From a virus, in the IMG/VR virus record IMGVR_UViG_3300025030_000060, positions 32,555 to 96,554 of that record: 64,000 nucleotides of DNA; one strand, given 5' to 3'. A program made the translations under genes and the position numbers. Numbering within the stretch: position 1 is the stretch's first letter; the number at the start of each line of letters is the position of its first letter. The notes below the pieces were generated by a model that was given only the letters and a program-made list of their open reading frames with translations, ran no database searches and was not told the DNA's origin. Shown one piece after another: positions 8,006 to 17,117 of this stretch.

Positions 8006-9156
8006 TTTAACTCCTTCAGTTCCACAAGTACGCCATATGCTTCGTCATGGTGCAACGTCCCGTAGGCGCTTTCGCTTACCTTTTCGATAAACCCGCACAT
8101 GAGGGCGAAGGCTTTTTCAATCCGCTCCGCGTTCTGGAGTGCAGCCATGAACAGTACCGCCAGGGCCTCGCTCTCGGCGTCCCCTTGCGGGCCAAAAGGG
8201 GCTACGAGCGCATGCGGGGTGAAGACTGCGACATGGGGTCCGGGATAGGTCGAGCCAGAGAGCTTGCCGTGAATCTCCCCCTCCCATATGCCTACCCCCA
8301 GCAAACCACCCCCGAACTTTTCAGCCAGCATCTTCATGGCGTGGACTGTCTGGATGACGTTCATGTCCTTAAGCGCGACGCAGTTCTCCGGGGGTGTATC
8401 CTCTTCAGCCATCAGTTTCACTGGGGGGGCAATGCGATCCCCCCTTCGGTTAAATGTGGCTCCAGGTTCCGCATCAAAATCGTGCTCTTCTTCGGCGCGA
8501 CAACGGGCACACGTCGGGTTTTTGTCCCCGTTCGGGTCCTCATCCATCACACTCAACTCATCTCCGCAACCAAGGCAAGGTGCAAGAGCCTCATAGACCT
8601 CCCGCGAGATATAGGAGTCTTCATCGACCAGGACCAACTTCTTCGTGTGGTGCCCGCCATGTTTAGGGTCTATCACGATGTTGTCGGCAGATGGCGCGTA
8701 TTCAGGCGCGTGAAGTCCGTCGCAGCGATCCCCAGTAATGCAGCAGTCGGGGCCGCACTCGCTATGGTTCCCCGGTACAGGGGTCCCGGAGATATCAAGG
8801 GAGTGATGCACCCCAGCATGGCCGTAGCAGTCGCGCACGTAATCCGCGCCCTCCTTGGCGGTGATGTTCCCGTTACATCGCGAACAAAGCCCGTAGCCGG
8901 TATCCTGATTGAACCATTGCTTGAAGGCCGGGGCATCTTCCCCGCAGCAGGCGCAGTGCAGATGGAAGACGCGGCACTTGAGCGAAGACTCAAGGTACTT
9001 TGCCAGTTTCGCGCCCTGCTCGGTCCACTCCATGCCGAAGCCTACGATACGGACCCACCCTATGGTGCAAGCGGCCACGAGAATTGCGGTATCCGTGGGG
9101 TTGTTGGGGAGGGTTCCAGTAGCCACCAGTTTTCTGACATCCACGATGGTAATCAT
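8002..9156 (-). CDS. Mosaic hypothetical protein with several Cys/Zn motifs
   Basis: Start MITIVDV coupled to the upstream stop; CACCG...W.N.D.GYGLC..C motif. Confidence 0.7.
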   Translation of the reverse strand: MITIVDVRKLVATGTLPNNPTDTAILVAACTIGWVRIVGFGMEWTEQGAKLAKYLESSLKCRVFHLHCACCGEDAPAFKQWFNQDTGYGLCSRCNGNITAKEGADYVRDCYGHAGVHHSLDISGTPVPGNHSECGPDCCITGDRCDGLHAPEYAPSADNIVIDPKHGGHHTKKLVLVDEDSYISREVYEALAPCLGCGDELSVMDEDPNGDKNPTCARCRAEEEHDFDAEPGATFNRRGDRIAPPVKLMAEEDTPPENCVALKDMNVIQTVHAMKMLAEKFGGGLLGVGIWEGEIHGKLSGSTYPGPHVAVFTPHALVAPFGPQGDAESEALAVLFMAALQNAERIEKAFALMCGFIEKVSESAYGTLHHDEAYGVLVELKELK

Positions 9157-10079
9157 GCCCTGTTCTCCTGCATCCTTTTGATGACTTCGGCAGCCCTGCC
9201 GTTCTGTTCCACGAGGTAGTCGTAGCATCCCATGTCAAAACTGCCGCCGTCGTCATCTTGGAACTCTCCATCTCCGACGTACTGGCAGATTAACCCGTCG
9301 CGGTCATCGTCATCGAAGCCGCAGTACCACTTGCCCACGGTCGGCTCCTTCAACTCAGGCTTATTGGTAGCGGGGTTGAGTATCGGGAACATGTGCGCCC
9401 CTTCCAGAACGGCCTTGTGAATGGCGGTGCCGATCTCCAAAGCGGTCTTGCTGGCCAGTTTGCGGCCTTCGCCAAGTGGCGAATAGCGGCACATGCCGAT
9501 CTGCTCCGGCATTTCTCCGATGATCTCGATATCCCACCCGTCAGAGTTGCCGCGATTCCTCCTGTGTTGCAGTTCGAAGCCTCGGCGCTGCATGATGGCG
9601 TCCACGGCTGCCTCTATAGCCGCTTTCGCATCGGACTCGCTACCGTTGCCCAAAGCAAGGGTGACATTCTTCCATTCGTGCCGGTTCGGCTCGCTGTTCA
9701 GCCAACGGGTGTGAAACATATCGGCCACGGCTTCCATCGTCAGCGGCGATAAAACCCCTTTGGCATAGGCGCGGGCCTCTTCTACGTCCTGCTGCATCCC
9801 GGCGCTCATCCGGTGTCCGCCCTGCATCCTCATCAGTATCTCTCCGAGGTTGTAGTGGCAGTGTTCCGCAAGATACAGGTATACCAGTTGCTGACGAGCC
9901 TCGGCCCGAATCTCTTCCGGGGTGATGACGGCCATCTCCGCTTCCAGCAGACCCGCTTCGGAGCGGTTGCCCAAAATCACCATCGCTTGGCTCAGAATCA
10001 GGGCTCGGCTGTTGTCGAACCTAGCCGAAATCTCATTTGATACTGTGACTCGGATTCTTGAGTTCTCATATACTGGCAT
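9153..10079 (-). CDS. Hypothetical protein, first gene of the accessory operon
   Basis: GGAGG RBS before MPVYEN; promoter upstream. Confidence 0.7.
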   Translation of the reverse strand: MPVYENSRIRVTVSNEISARFDNSRALILSQAMVILGNRSEAGLLEAEMAVITPEEIRAEARQQLVYLYLAEHCHYNLGEILMRMQGGHRMSAGMQQDVEEARAYAKGVLSPLTMEAVADMFHTRWLNSEPNRHEWKNVTLALGNGSESDAKAAIEAAVDAIMQRRGFELQHRRNRGNSDGWDIEIIGEMPEQIGMCRYSPLGEGRKLASKTALEIGTAIHKAVLEGAHMFPILNPATNKPELKEPTVGKWYCGFDDDDRDGLICQYVGDGEFQDDDGGSFDMGCYDYLVEQNGRAAEVIKRMQENRA

Positions 10080-10145
10080 GTCTGTTACCTCCCTGGCGCT
10101 GGCCGCCACCCGCGTTGCGCCATCCAGGCGCTATGTCATGGCCCT

Positions 10146-10177
10146 AAATATACACTCTTTGGATTATGTGTCAAACA
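10146..10177 (-). promoter_or_regulatory. Sigma70-type promoter with overlapping repeated operator
   Basis: TGTTTGACACATAAT; TTGACA-N16-TATATT. Confidence 0.65.
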
Positions 10178-10189
10178 AATAATGCACGC

Positions 10190-10221
10190 AAAAAAGGGGG
10201 CACGCTTTCACGCTCCCCCTT
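10190..10221 (-). terminator. Rho-independent terminator after ulx
   Basis: AAGGGGG/CCCCCTT stem and T-run on the minus strand. Confidence 0.6.
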
Positions 10222-10243
10222 CACTCCAGCTATTACCGCTCTT

Positions 10244-10648
10244 TTATGGCTTCTTGACTGCCGCCCTCTGCTCCATGTCCTCGTCGTTGGAGAAGAACTT
10301 GATCGGGTCTTCGTCCGTATCAAGGACGTGCTGCGCCTCGTGCATGATCCCCCGCCCTACCTGCGCGTCCTGATAGGCGAAGGCCGCCAGCAGGTCAAGG
10401 GTCTCGTCGCCATAGGTCATGGTCTCGGTCCACTCGTCTTCAATGGTCTGTCCAAAGGCAGCCTCATCACGTTTCAGGAATGCCGCCTTCACCAGCCACC
10501 ACCACGGGCCAAAACTACGATAGCGCAGCGGGTCCTTGAGAAGAACACGCTTGACCACTGCGAGGAATCCTTCAGCCCACATGTCTCGGGCTTGGCCCGA
10601 TTCGGCCAGCATGGCGTTCAATTCTTCGGCTTTCGGTTTATAGATCAT
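10244..10648 (-). CDS. ulx: Ulx-like protein (DarB incorporation helper)
   Basis: LLKDP..YRSFGP.W motif resembling P1 Ulx; immediately downstream of darB. Confidence 0.75.
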   Translation of the reverse strand: MIYKPKAEELNAMLAESGQARDMWAEGFLAVVKRVLLKDPLRYRSFGPWWWLVKAAFLKRDEAAFGQTIEDEWTETMTYGDETLDLLAAFAYQDAQVGRGIMHEAQHVLDTDEDPIKFFSNDEDMEQRAAVKKP

Positions 10649-10669
10649 ATCTGCATCCCCCTTGTCGCA

Positions 10670-10700
10670 AATTTATCATTTTTTGTTTATCTGTCAAACA
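10670..10700 (-). promoter_or_regulatory. Promoter/operator upstream of ulx
   Basis: TGTTTGACAGATAA then TG-A-TAAATT extended -10. Confidence 0.6.
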
Positions 10701-10705
10701 GATTA

Positions 10706-13700
10706 TTACGCCATCAGTTTGTAGACCTCGGCAAGGTCGGTGGAAATCGGAACATACCACCACGCCCCGTTGAAGTCGCCGCCCGTCTCGGAGAAGAACT
10801 GCGCGGTCCATCGGGTTTTCATCATTGGGCTCACTCTTCTCAGTACCCCGTTGAATCCGTTCTTGTCCTGGAAGAACCAGCTCGTGAAGGGGGCATGGCT
10901 CTTTGCCGGACGCCCCTTATAGCCGGGGATGACCACGTTGGTGTTGTTGGTCTTGACGGTGATCCCCAAGGCGAGGAAAGCGGCTTTCACCTGTTCAGGG
11001 ACTTCTTTGAAGTTGGGGTCGTTCCTGATGGCCTCCAGTGCTGCACGTTCAGCCTCAGCCTTGGCCTGCGCCTCCTTGGCCCGTATATCCTCCTTGAGCC
11101 GGTTCAGGTACTGGTCGGCGATACGGGTAATCTCGCTCGTGTTATCGCCAAGGGCCTGTGCTGCCGTCTTAATCTCCCCGGCTGCCAAGTCCACGCTTCG
11201 CCCAACGACTACCCCGCCAAGGCTTACCTGCTTTTCCATAGCAGCCTTCCATGCCGTGGCGCATGCCGTCAATATCTCTACTTCAGTCGCCTTCCTGCCG
11301 TACTCGCTGGCTATAGCGTCGTAGCCGCTCCCGAATACCAGCCGCATGACACTGTTGGCATCGTAAGCGCGGCCCGCCCGCTTCAGGCTTAGGTATGCCT
11401 CGCATACTTCTTTTTTCCACGTCTCGTTGTCCACATCGGGGTAATTCACAGTCAAGCCCGTCTGGGGCTTGCCGAACATCACCCCCTGCGCCCCTCTCAG
11501 CACGAAACCGTCGTAGCTGTAAAAACGGATTTTGTCGTAATGCTCGGTGAAGGTTTCCCTGTCGAGGTCGCCCCGGAGCAGGTCGGCATAGCGCCACTCC
11601 TGGCTGAGAAGTTTCTGGAGAGCCATTTCCTTTTCGGAGTAGGAGACCTTGACCGGAGAGCGGTCGGCAATGAAGTCCTGCACGTCGTACCACTCATTGT
11701 CCGACTGTTTGGGTATAGAATTCCAGTTGAGCTGGCCCATCAAGGCGTCGGCCTTGAACCCCCTCGAAGCGGAGTTCACTTCGATGACCTTGATGACAAT
11801 CGTACCGGAGTAGCTGTCCTTAAACTCATACATGTCGCCCACGGTGAGCACCACACCCTTGGGAGTCACCACACAGTTGCCGGGGTTGTCGATCAGCTTC
11901 TCATCAAAGGGAAGTTCCCCTTTCTGTGCCCTTACCCTCAGTTCAAGGGTGATCTTGTTGATGCGGGCCTGCACTTCGGCCTTTTTGTTGTTGTAGCGCG
12001 TGTCGAGGCTGTCCAGCTTCCATTGGGTCCTCTCCAGCGCGTCCTGTTTCTTCTGAATGGACTTGGAGATGTTTTTGCGCTCTTCGCTCCCCTCTTCCGT
12101 CCTCAAGCCCCGGTAGCGCAGATTCTCGATCTGCCTGTTCATGTCGGAGATGTCTTCGGCAAGATTGGTGCGCTCGGCCTCTTTTTCCTGCTCCAGTCTC
12201 GGCAGCACGGAAGCATTGGACGCCAGCACCTGGAGCTGGTTCACGAGTCGGGCCTTGGCCTGCGCCTTGGCCTTTTCCGCCTTCTTGGCTTCGGCTTCCA
12301 TGTACTTCCGCTTGGCCTCTTCCGGGTTATCCTCGAACATGAACCGGATTTCGTCGGCGCTTGCAGCATTGGCGTTGGCTGCGGTCGCTGAGTCGGAGCG
12401 GAAGATGTCACCGATCCATCCCGCCTTCTTGCTTATCAGGTGCAGGCGGTAGGCGTCGAAGGAACCCTTGCCTTGATAGTAGTAAATCTTGATATTGTCG
12501 GCCTCGTTGCCTTGCCGGACTCCGCGCCCGTTGCGCTGCTGGATGCTGGAAGGGGTCCACGGGAAGGTCAGGTGATGGATTGCGCGGGTCCCCTTCTGTA
12601 GGTTGACGCCCACTTCGGCCTTCTGGTTGCAGATGACCATCGAGTATTCCCCGGAGTTGTAGCGGTCGCTGATCCGCTGAAGCTCGGAACCCTTCGCCTC
12701 GTCGGCGTTGATGATGCCGATCTTGCCCCGGAGCATCGGCAGGTAGTGGGTAAGGATGCGCGCCACCTTTTGATGTTGGGCCTTTTCATCGCTGAAAATG
12801 ATCTGCTTGCCGCCCAGTTCGTGGATCTTCTGCACCCTGTCCACCATCAGTGCGTACTTCGGAGTCAGCGGGTGCCCCACGGTGCCCACGTCGAGTTTCA
12901 CGTCCCGGAGCTTCTTGGCGTCCATCAGGAACGGCTCGAAGGCGTCGGCAAGGCGCACGATGAAGGCATCCCCCTTCATGCTGGTCTCCAGCGAATCCAA
13001 GAGGCGGTAAGTACGGTTTACCGGTTTCTGCGGTTCGCCCATTTCGGCCCGTTCAAGGTCATACTCCGGGTCGCCAACGCGGGGAGTAACCCGGACGGTG
13101 ACTTCAGGCGGTATGATCTTCAAAAGCTGCGTTACCTTCCCCTGGTCCCCCTTTGCAAAGTGAAATGTCATTCTCCCGTGGAAGATGTCCGGGTCCATGG
13201 AAACCTGCTCCATGTCGCGGATGATGGAAAAGACGGGGCGGGGCTTGCCGCTGAATGTCGAACTGTCATCCTTGGTCGCGGCCTTGGCCTCTTCCCTCAG
13301 TTCGTCGTAGATATCCTGCTGCTCGTCGGTAAGGATGGCTTCCTCATGGAATTCCTCACTGGGAGGAAGGTCGAGATTCACGTCCTTTGCCGTGCGAAGC
13401 AGGCAGTATTTGTGGAAGATGTTGCGGAGCCCGTCGAGGTTCTGGAAGCCAACAAGCCCTTCCGTCGCCTTGGTCTCGTTGGCGATGGTCATCTTGTCCA
13501 CGATGTCCTTCTGTCCGAAAACCCGGATGAAGTCGTCGGGGGTGAAGACGCCGAACCGCTCGAATTCCTCCAGCGGCATGACGTAGGCCAGCATGTTGAA
13601 GATTTCCACCGGGGAGTTGGTGACGGGCGTCGCCGTGAGCCCGTAAGAGCCCCGGTCGTTGTTGTTTGCCCGGATGTGCCCCATTTTCATCTGCATGTCG

Positions 13701-16700
13701 AGCCCGCGCTGTGACGCCGGGGCGGTAGAGACGTAGGCAAGGCGGCTGGCCTCTTCGCCCGCCTCGAAGCTGTTCTTGTAGGAGTGGAATTCGTCTGTGA
13801 TTACGTCGGTGAAACCCATGTCCTCAAAGTACGGCAGTTCCCCTTTTTTGGCCCCGGTGTCGGCAAATTTCCCCTCGGCGCGCTCTACCTGCTTGACCTC
13901 GTTGTAGTTCAGGGACTTCTCGTCGCCTACCTCGTCGTCCTTCCCCTCGGAGTTGGCTTTGATGGCCTGCTTAGAGAGCAGGCCGCGCTGGCTCCATTTG
14001 TCGATGAACCCCTGCTTCGTGTCAGGCCGGAGCGGGATGCTCTTGAACTTCTCGTAGGTCATCACCACGAGTTTCACGTTGCTCTGCGGAATCTGCCACA
14101 TGTCATCGTATACTTCCGTGGCGTCAAACTCCCCGGATGCAATCTTGTCCTGCCACATGGCCTCTTTGGTGTACTTGTTGATTTTCTGGTTCCCCTCCTC
14201 GTCAAGAACCGGCTCCTGAAGAATTGCCCCTTCCTTGGCGCGGTCAAAGCGCATCCCCACGAACAGGGCGTCGTCCATGCCCTCGTAGTAGTTCCGTGCC
14301 TCGTGGTACCAGTTGGAAAAGACCGCCTTGGGGACCACGATACAGGTCTTCTTGCTGCGCCCCATCTGGAGGTTGTACTTCACCAAAGCGAGCGTTTGCA
14401 AGGTTTTACCAAGCCCTACGTCGTCGGCGAGGATGCCGCGCCCTTCCTCGGAAAAACGCCGGATGGCCGCGTTCTGGTAGCCGTGCAGCACGATTTTCTT
14501 ACTGACCCCCTGAAGCCCCAAGTCGGTCATCTCGTACTCCGGGGGAAGGAAAGCGTTGAACTTCATGTTGTACTGTTCCGCCAGTTCGTCAATGTTGGGC
14601 TGCTGCTGCATCCACATATTGAAGGTTTCGCGGAAGTTTTTGATGTTGTCGTAATACTGTTTTTTTAGGTCGCCGTCGTCGTCGCCCTTACCACCCCGGA
14701 TGGCATTGCCGTTCATGTAGTTCTCGAACTGGAGGTCGAAGCCTGCGGGTTTCTTGCCCCCCAGAATGCGGAAGGAGCCGAAGGGATTCTCCGGGTCCTC
14801 CGTCCACTCCTTCGCGGTACGCATCTTGCCGGAGTAGGGATCTTCTTTTTGAACTTCCTGGTCGGAACCATAGGTGACGTTGGGGTAGCCGTTCTCCTTC
14901 AGGAAGTCCAGCACGTACTGCTTCGAGTACCACTTGTGGTTGAAGTCGAACATGATATCGGCAGGGTTCGTTCGCTTGCGCTTCCCGTCGATGATCCCGA
15001 TCATCTGCATGTACTTCTGCTTGATCCGCTCGTCGGTCTCGTCGGCCATGGCGGCGTAGAGGGCCTGAAGTTTGGGGTAGATGTCGCCGGAGCAGTAGCG
15101 GGACATCGGGTAGATGATGCCGTCCGGGGAGATGGCTACGTTATCAAAGGCGGCGAGGTCGCCCAGTGTCGCCACCGGCATGCCCCCGGTGTAAAGCTTC
15201 TGCACGTCGTCAAGTTCGATGGTCTGAATGCCTTCCCGGATGAACAGGTGTTCCACGAGTGCCTGCACGTTGGTGGAATCGTATTGAAGATGCCGCCCCG
15301 ATTCTTCCAGCGTCCCGTTCAGGAGGTCGGAGAAGTTCCCCTTTGCGTCGAGCGCATTGGAGAAAAGCCCGAACATCTTGGAAGACTCCCCGGTGAGCAT
15401 GATGCCCCGGTTGTTCTTCGGGTGCCCGAAGCGGTCAATCTCGTTTGCCACAAGGTCCTGGAGTGCAAGCCGTTCGCTGTCATCCGCGTTGCCGTCGTTG
15501 AACCGATCCTGGTAGCGGGCAATCATGCCACCGATGATGGAGCCCCTGTAGAGCTGTTCCGCTAGTTCTTCCTTGGGCTGGCTCATGGCGAACTCAATAG
15601 CCGCACTGGCAAGGGCCGGTAGAAGGTCGGGATAGGTCTTGAAAATGGCGAAAAGCTGGTAGACGGTGAAGGAAAGGCACCCCTTGGGAGAGCCAAGGCG
15701 GGCCTTCAGCTCTTCGATGCTGGATGCGCCGTACTTGGCTGGGTCAATCGCTTCTTTGGCATCCACGGAGGCGACACGGACCCATGCGCCATGCTGCATC
15801 TCACACTCGATGCCGTTTATCATCTTGCGGTCGCCGTCCACGTAATTGCGCGTAACAGGTTCCGCCACGGAGAGCGCGGCCCAGTCGATCCGGGAGACGA
15901 ACTTTGAGGCCAGCTTCGCCTTCAGGCCCGCGTCGTCAACGTCGCCGTCCACGGCTTCCCGGCTGAACCTGTCGCCTGCAATCTTCGGGACCCACTTGCC
16001 CATGATGAAGGGCCGCCCCTCGCCCAGCCAGTAGCGCCCCGCTATGAACTCGTCAAAGATGACGTTGGTGCTTATCAGGGTCTCGAAGGTGAGGTCGTTC
16101 ACGACGTCCAGAAGGCTTTGCGGGTGCTTGCGAAAGACAACCACGTCAACGACGGTATCGGTGCCCTGCGCTGCGAAGGTTTTGGAGGGGAGCTTGTGAG
16201 CGCCAAGGAACTCGGCCTTGCGGGAAACGGAGTTGCGCCACTTGGCCCAGTCGGTCGAGCCCTTGGCCCCCACGATGTCGGTCGGCACGATCAGGACGGC
16301 GAGCCCCCCAGGCTTGATCTTGTCCAGAATCCGGGAGATGAAGTACCGCTGAATCTTCCCCTCGTTCTTGTAGGGCGGGTCGTCGAACTTGTAGGCCCCA
16401 CGGGCGTCGCCGAAGGGCACGTTGGTGCAGCAGCCGTCGAAGGAGTTGTCCGGGGTGTCGGAGCAGAACTTCTCGAAGCTCTTGTTGGTGATGGAGTCGC
16501 CCGCGTTGAGAAGCTGCGCCACCTTCGAGGCGGTCGGGTCGAGGTCGCAGCCGGTGATGACGATGCCCCCCGGTTTTGTCGCCGAAAACATGCCGTGGCC
16601 GGTGCTGGGGTCCAGGATGTTGCCATTGGCTAGGCCGTTGGCAACAAGGCCACTCCAGACGCCTTCAGCGACGTGCTGAGGGGTGTAGTATTCGTACTGG

Positions 16701-17023
16701 GAGTTGTCGGAGAGCCCCCCCTTGCCGGAATACTGCTTCAGGGTCGCCCTTTCCTCTTCGGTGAGGTCTCCGGGGTTGTTGACGCGGGAAAGGATCTCCT
16801 TGGCCGCTTTGTTCAGCTTCTCACGGGCCTTCTTGCCGCGAACCAGTAGCCCGTAGTCGCTGTTCTCGTTCTTGTAGTCGTTGGGGTCCTTCGGCGGGTC
16901 CTGTCCGGGGATGCTGATCTTGAAGAGGGTTGCGAAGACCTTGGCAAAATCAAGGAATGATGTGGCTTGCGAAATACTGAGTTTCGCAAAACCAAGGGCG
17001 GTAGTACCGGGGTTGACTCGCAT
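10706..17023 (-). CDS. darB: DarB antirestriction protein (N6-adenine methyltransferase plus SNF2-type helicase)
   Basis: EYYTP, LDPSTG.G, NVPF methylase motifs; DDVGLGKT, DEFH, TATP, QRNGRGVRQGN helicase motifs; start at MRVNPG with AAGGAG RBS. Confidence 0.92.
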   Translation of the reverse strand: MRVNPGTTALGFAKLSISQATSFLDFAKVFATLFKISIPGQDPPKDPNDYKNENSDYGLLVRGKKAREKLNKAAKEILSRVNNPGDLTEEERATLKQYSGKGGLSDNSQYEYYTPQHVAEGVWSGLVANGLANGNILDPSTGHGMFSATKPGGIVITGCDLDPTASKVAQLLNAGDSITNKSFEKFCSDTPDNSFDGCCTNVPFGDARGAYKFDDPPYKNEGKIQRYFISRILDKIKPGGLAVLIVPTDIVGAKGSTDWAKWRNSVSRKAEFLGAHKLPSKTFAAQGTDTVVDVVVFRKHPQSLLDVVNDLTFETLISTNVIFDEFIAGRYWLGEGRPFIMGKWVPKIAGDRFSREAVDGDVDDAGLKAKLASKFVSRIDWAALSVAEPVTRNYVDGDRKMINGIECEMQHGAWVRVASVDAKEAIDPAKYGASSIEELKARLGSPKGCLSFTVYQLFAIFKTYPDLLPALASAAIEFAMSQPKEELAEQLYRGSIIGGMIARYQDRFNDGNADDSERLALQDLVANEIDRFGHPKNNRGIMLTGESSKMFGLFSNALDAKGNFSDLLNGTLEESGRHLQYDSTNVQALVEHLFIREGIQTIELDDVQKLYTGGMPVATLGDLAAFDNVAISPDGIIYPMSRYCSGDIYPKLQALYAAMADETDERIKQKYMQMIGIIDGKRKRTNPADIMFDFNHKWYSKQYVLDFLKENGYPNVTYGSDQEVQKEDPYSGKMRTAKEWTEDPENPFGSFRILGGKKPAGFDLQFENYMNGNAIRGGKGDDDGDLKKQYYDNIKNFRETFNMWMQQQPNIDELAEQYNMKFNAFLPPEYEMTDLGLQGVSKKIVLHGYQNAAIRRFSEEGRGILADDVGLGKTLQTLALVKYNLQMGRSKKTCIVVPKAVFSNWYHEARNYYEGMDDALFVGMRFDRAKEGAILQEPVLDEEGNQKINKYTKEAMWQDKIASGEFDATEVYDDMWQIPQSNVKLVVMTYEKFKSIPLRPDTKQGFIDKWSQRGLLSKQAIKANSEGKDDEVGDEKSLNYNEVKQVERAEGKFADTGAKKGELPYFEDMGFTDVITDEFHSYKNSFEAGEEASRLAYVSTAPASQRGLDMQMKMGHIRANNNDRGSYGLTATPVTNSPVEIFNMLAYVMPLEEFERFGVFTPDDFIRVFGQKDIVDKMTIANETKATEGLVGFQNLDGLRNIFHKYCLLRTAKDVNLDLPPSEEFHEEAILTDEQQDIYDELREEAKAATKDDSSTFSGKPRPVFSIIRDMEQVSMDPDIFHGRMTFHFAKGDQGKVTQLLKIIPPEVTVRVTPRVGDPEYDLERAEMGEPQKPVNRTYRLLDSLETSMKGDAFIVRLADAFEPFLMDAKKLRDVKLDVGTVGHPLTPKYALMVDRVQKIHELGGKQIIFSDEKAQHQKVARILTHYLPMLRGKIGIINADEAKGSELQRISDRYNSGEYSMVICNQKAEVGVNLQKGTRAIHHLTFPWTPSSIQQRNGRGVRQGNEADNIKIYYYQGKGSFDAYRLHLISKKAGWIGDIFRSDSATAANANAASADEIRFMFEDNPEEAKRKYMEAEAKKAEKAKAQAKARLVNQLQVLASNASVLPRLEQEKEAERTNLAEDISDMNRQIENLRYRGLRTEEGSEERKNISKSIQKKQDALERTQWKLDSLDTRYNNKKAEVQARINKITLELRVRAQKGELPFDEKLIDNPGNCVVTPKGVVLTVGDMYEFKDSYSGTIVIKVIEVNSASRGFKADALMGQLNWNSIPKQSDNEWYDVQDFIADRSPVKVSYSEKEMALQKLLSQEWRYADLLRGDLDRETFTEHYDKIRFYSYDGFVLRGAQGVMFGKPQTGLTVNYPDVDNETWKKEVCEAYLSLKRAGRAYDANSVMRLVFGSGYDAIASEYGRKATEVEILTACATAWKAAMEKQVSLGGVVVGRSVDLAAGEIKTAAQALGDNTSEITRIADQYLNRLKEDIRAKEAQAKAEAERAALEAIRNDPNFKEVPEQVKAAFLALGITVKTNNTNVVIPGYKGRPAKSHAPFTSWFFQDKNGFNGVLRRVSPMMKTRWTAQFFSETGGDFNGAWWYVPISTDLAEVYKLMA

Positions 17024-17045
17024 GGATGCTCCTTGAAGGGGAGTT

Positions 17046-17090
17046 AAAAAAACATTCGCGGCGGCATTTGACATATAATGCCGCCGCGAA
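17046..17090 (-). terminator. Terminator between the polyvalent gene and darB
   Basis: Perfect 14-bp stem TTCGCGGCGGCATT/AATGCCGCCGCGAA followed by TGTTTTTTT. Confidence 0.7.
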
Positions 17091-17117
17091 GTCCATGCTT
17101 ATTACTGTTTGCTCAGG

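Noticed and set aside
10706-17023. Intein in DarB
   Set aside because: Length is as expected for DarB, and no intein terminal or homing-endonuclease motifs were recognised.
17024-17074. ORF-track start of darB at 17074
   Set aside because: That ATG lies in a terminator loop with no RBS; ATG at 17023 has AAGGAG.
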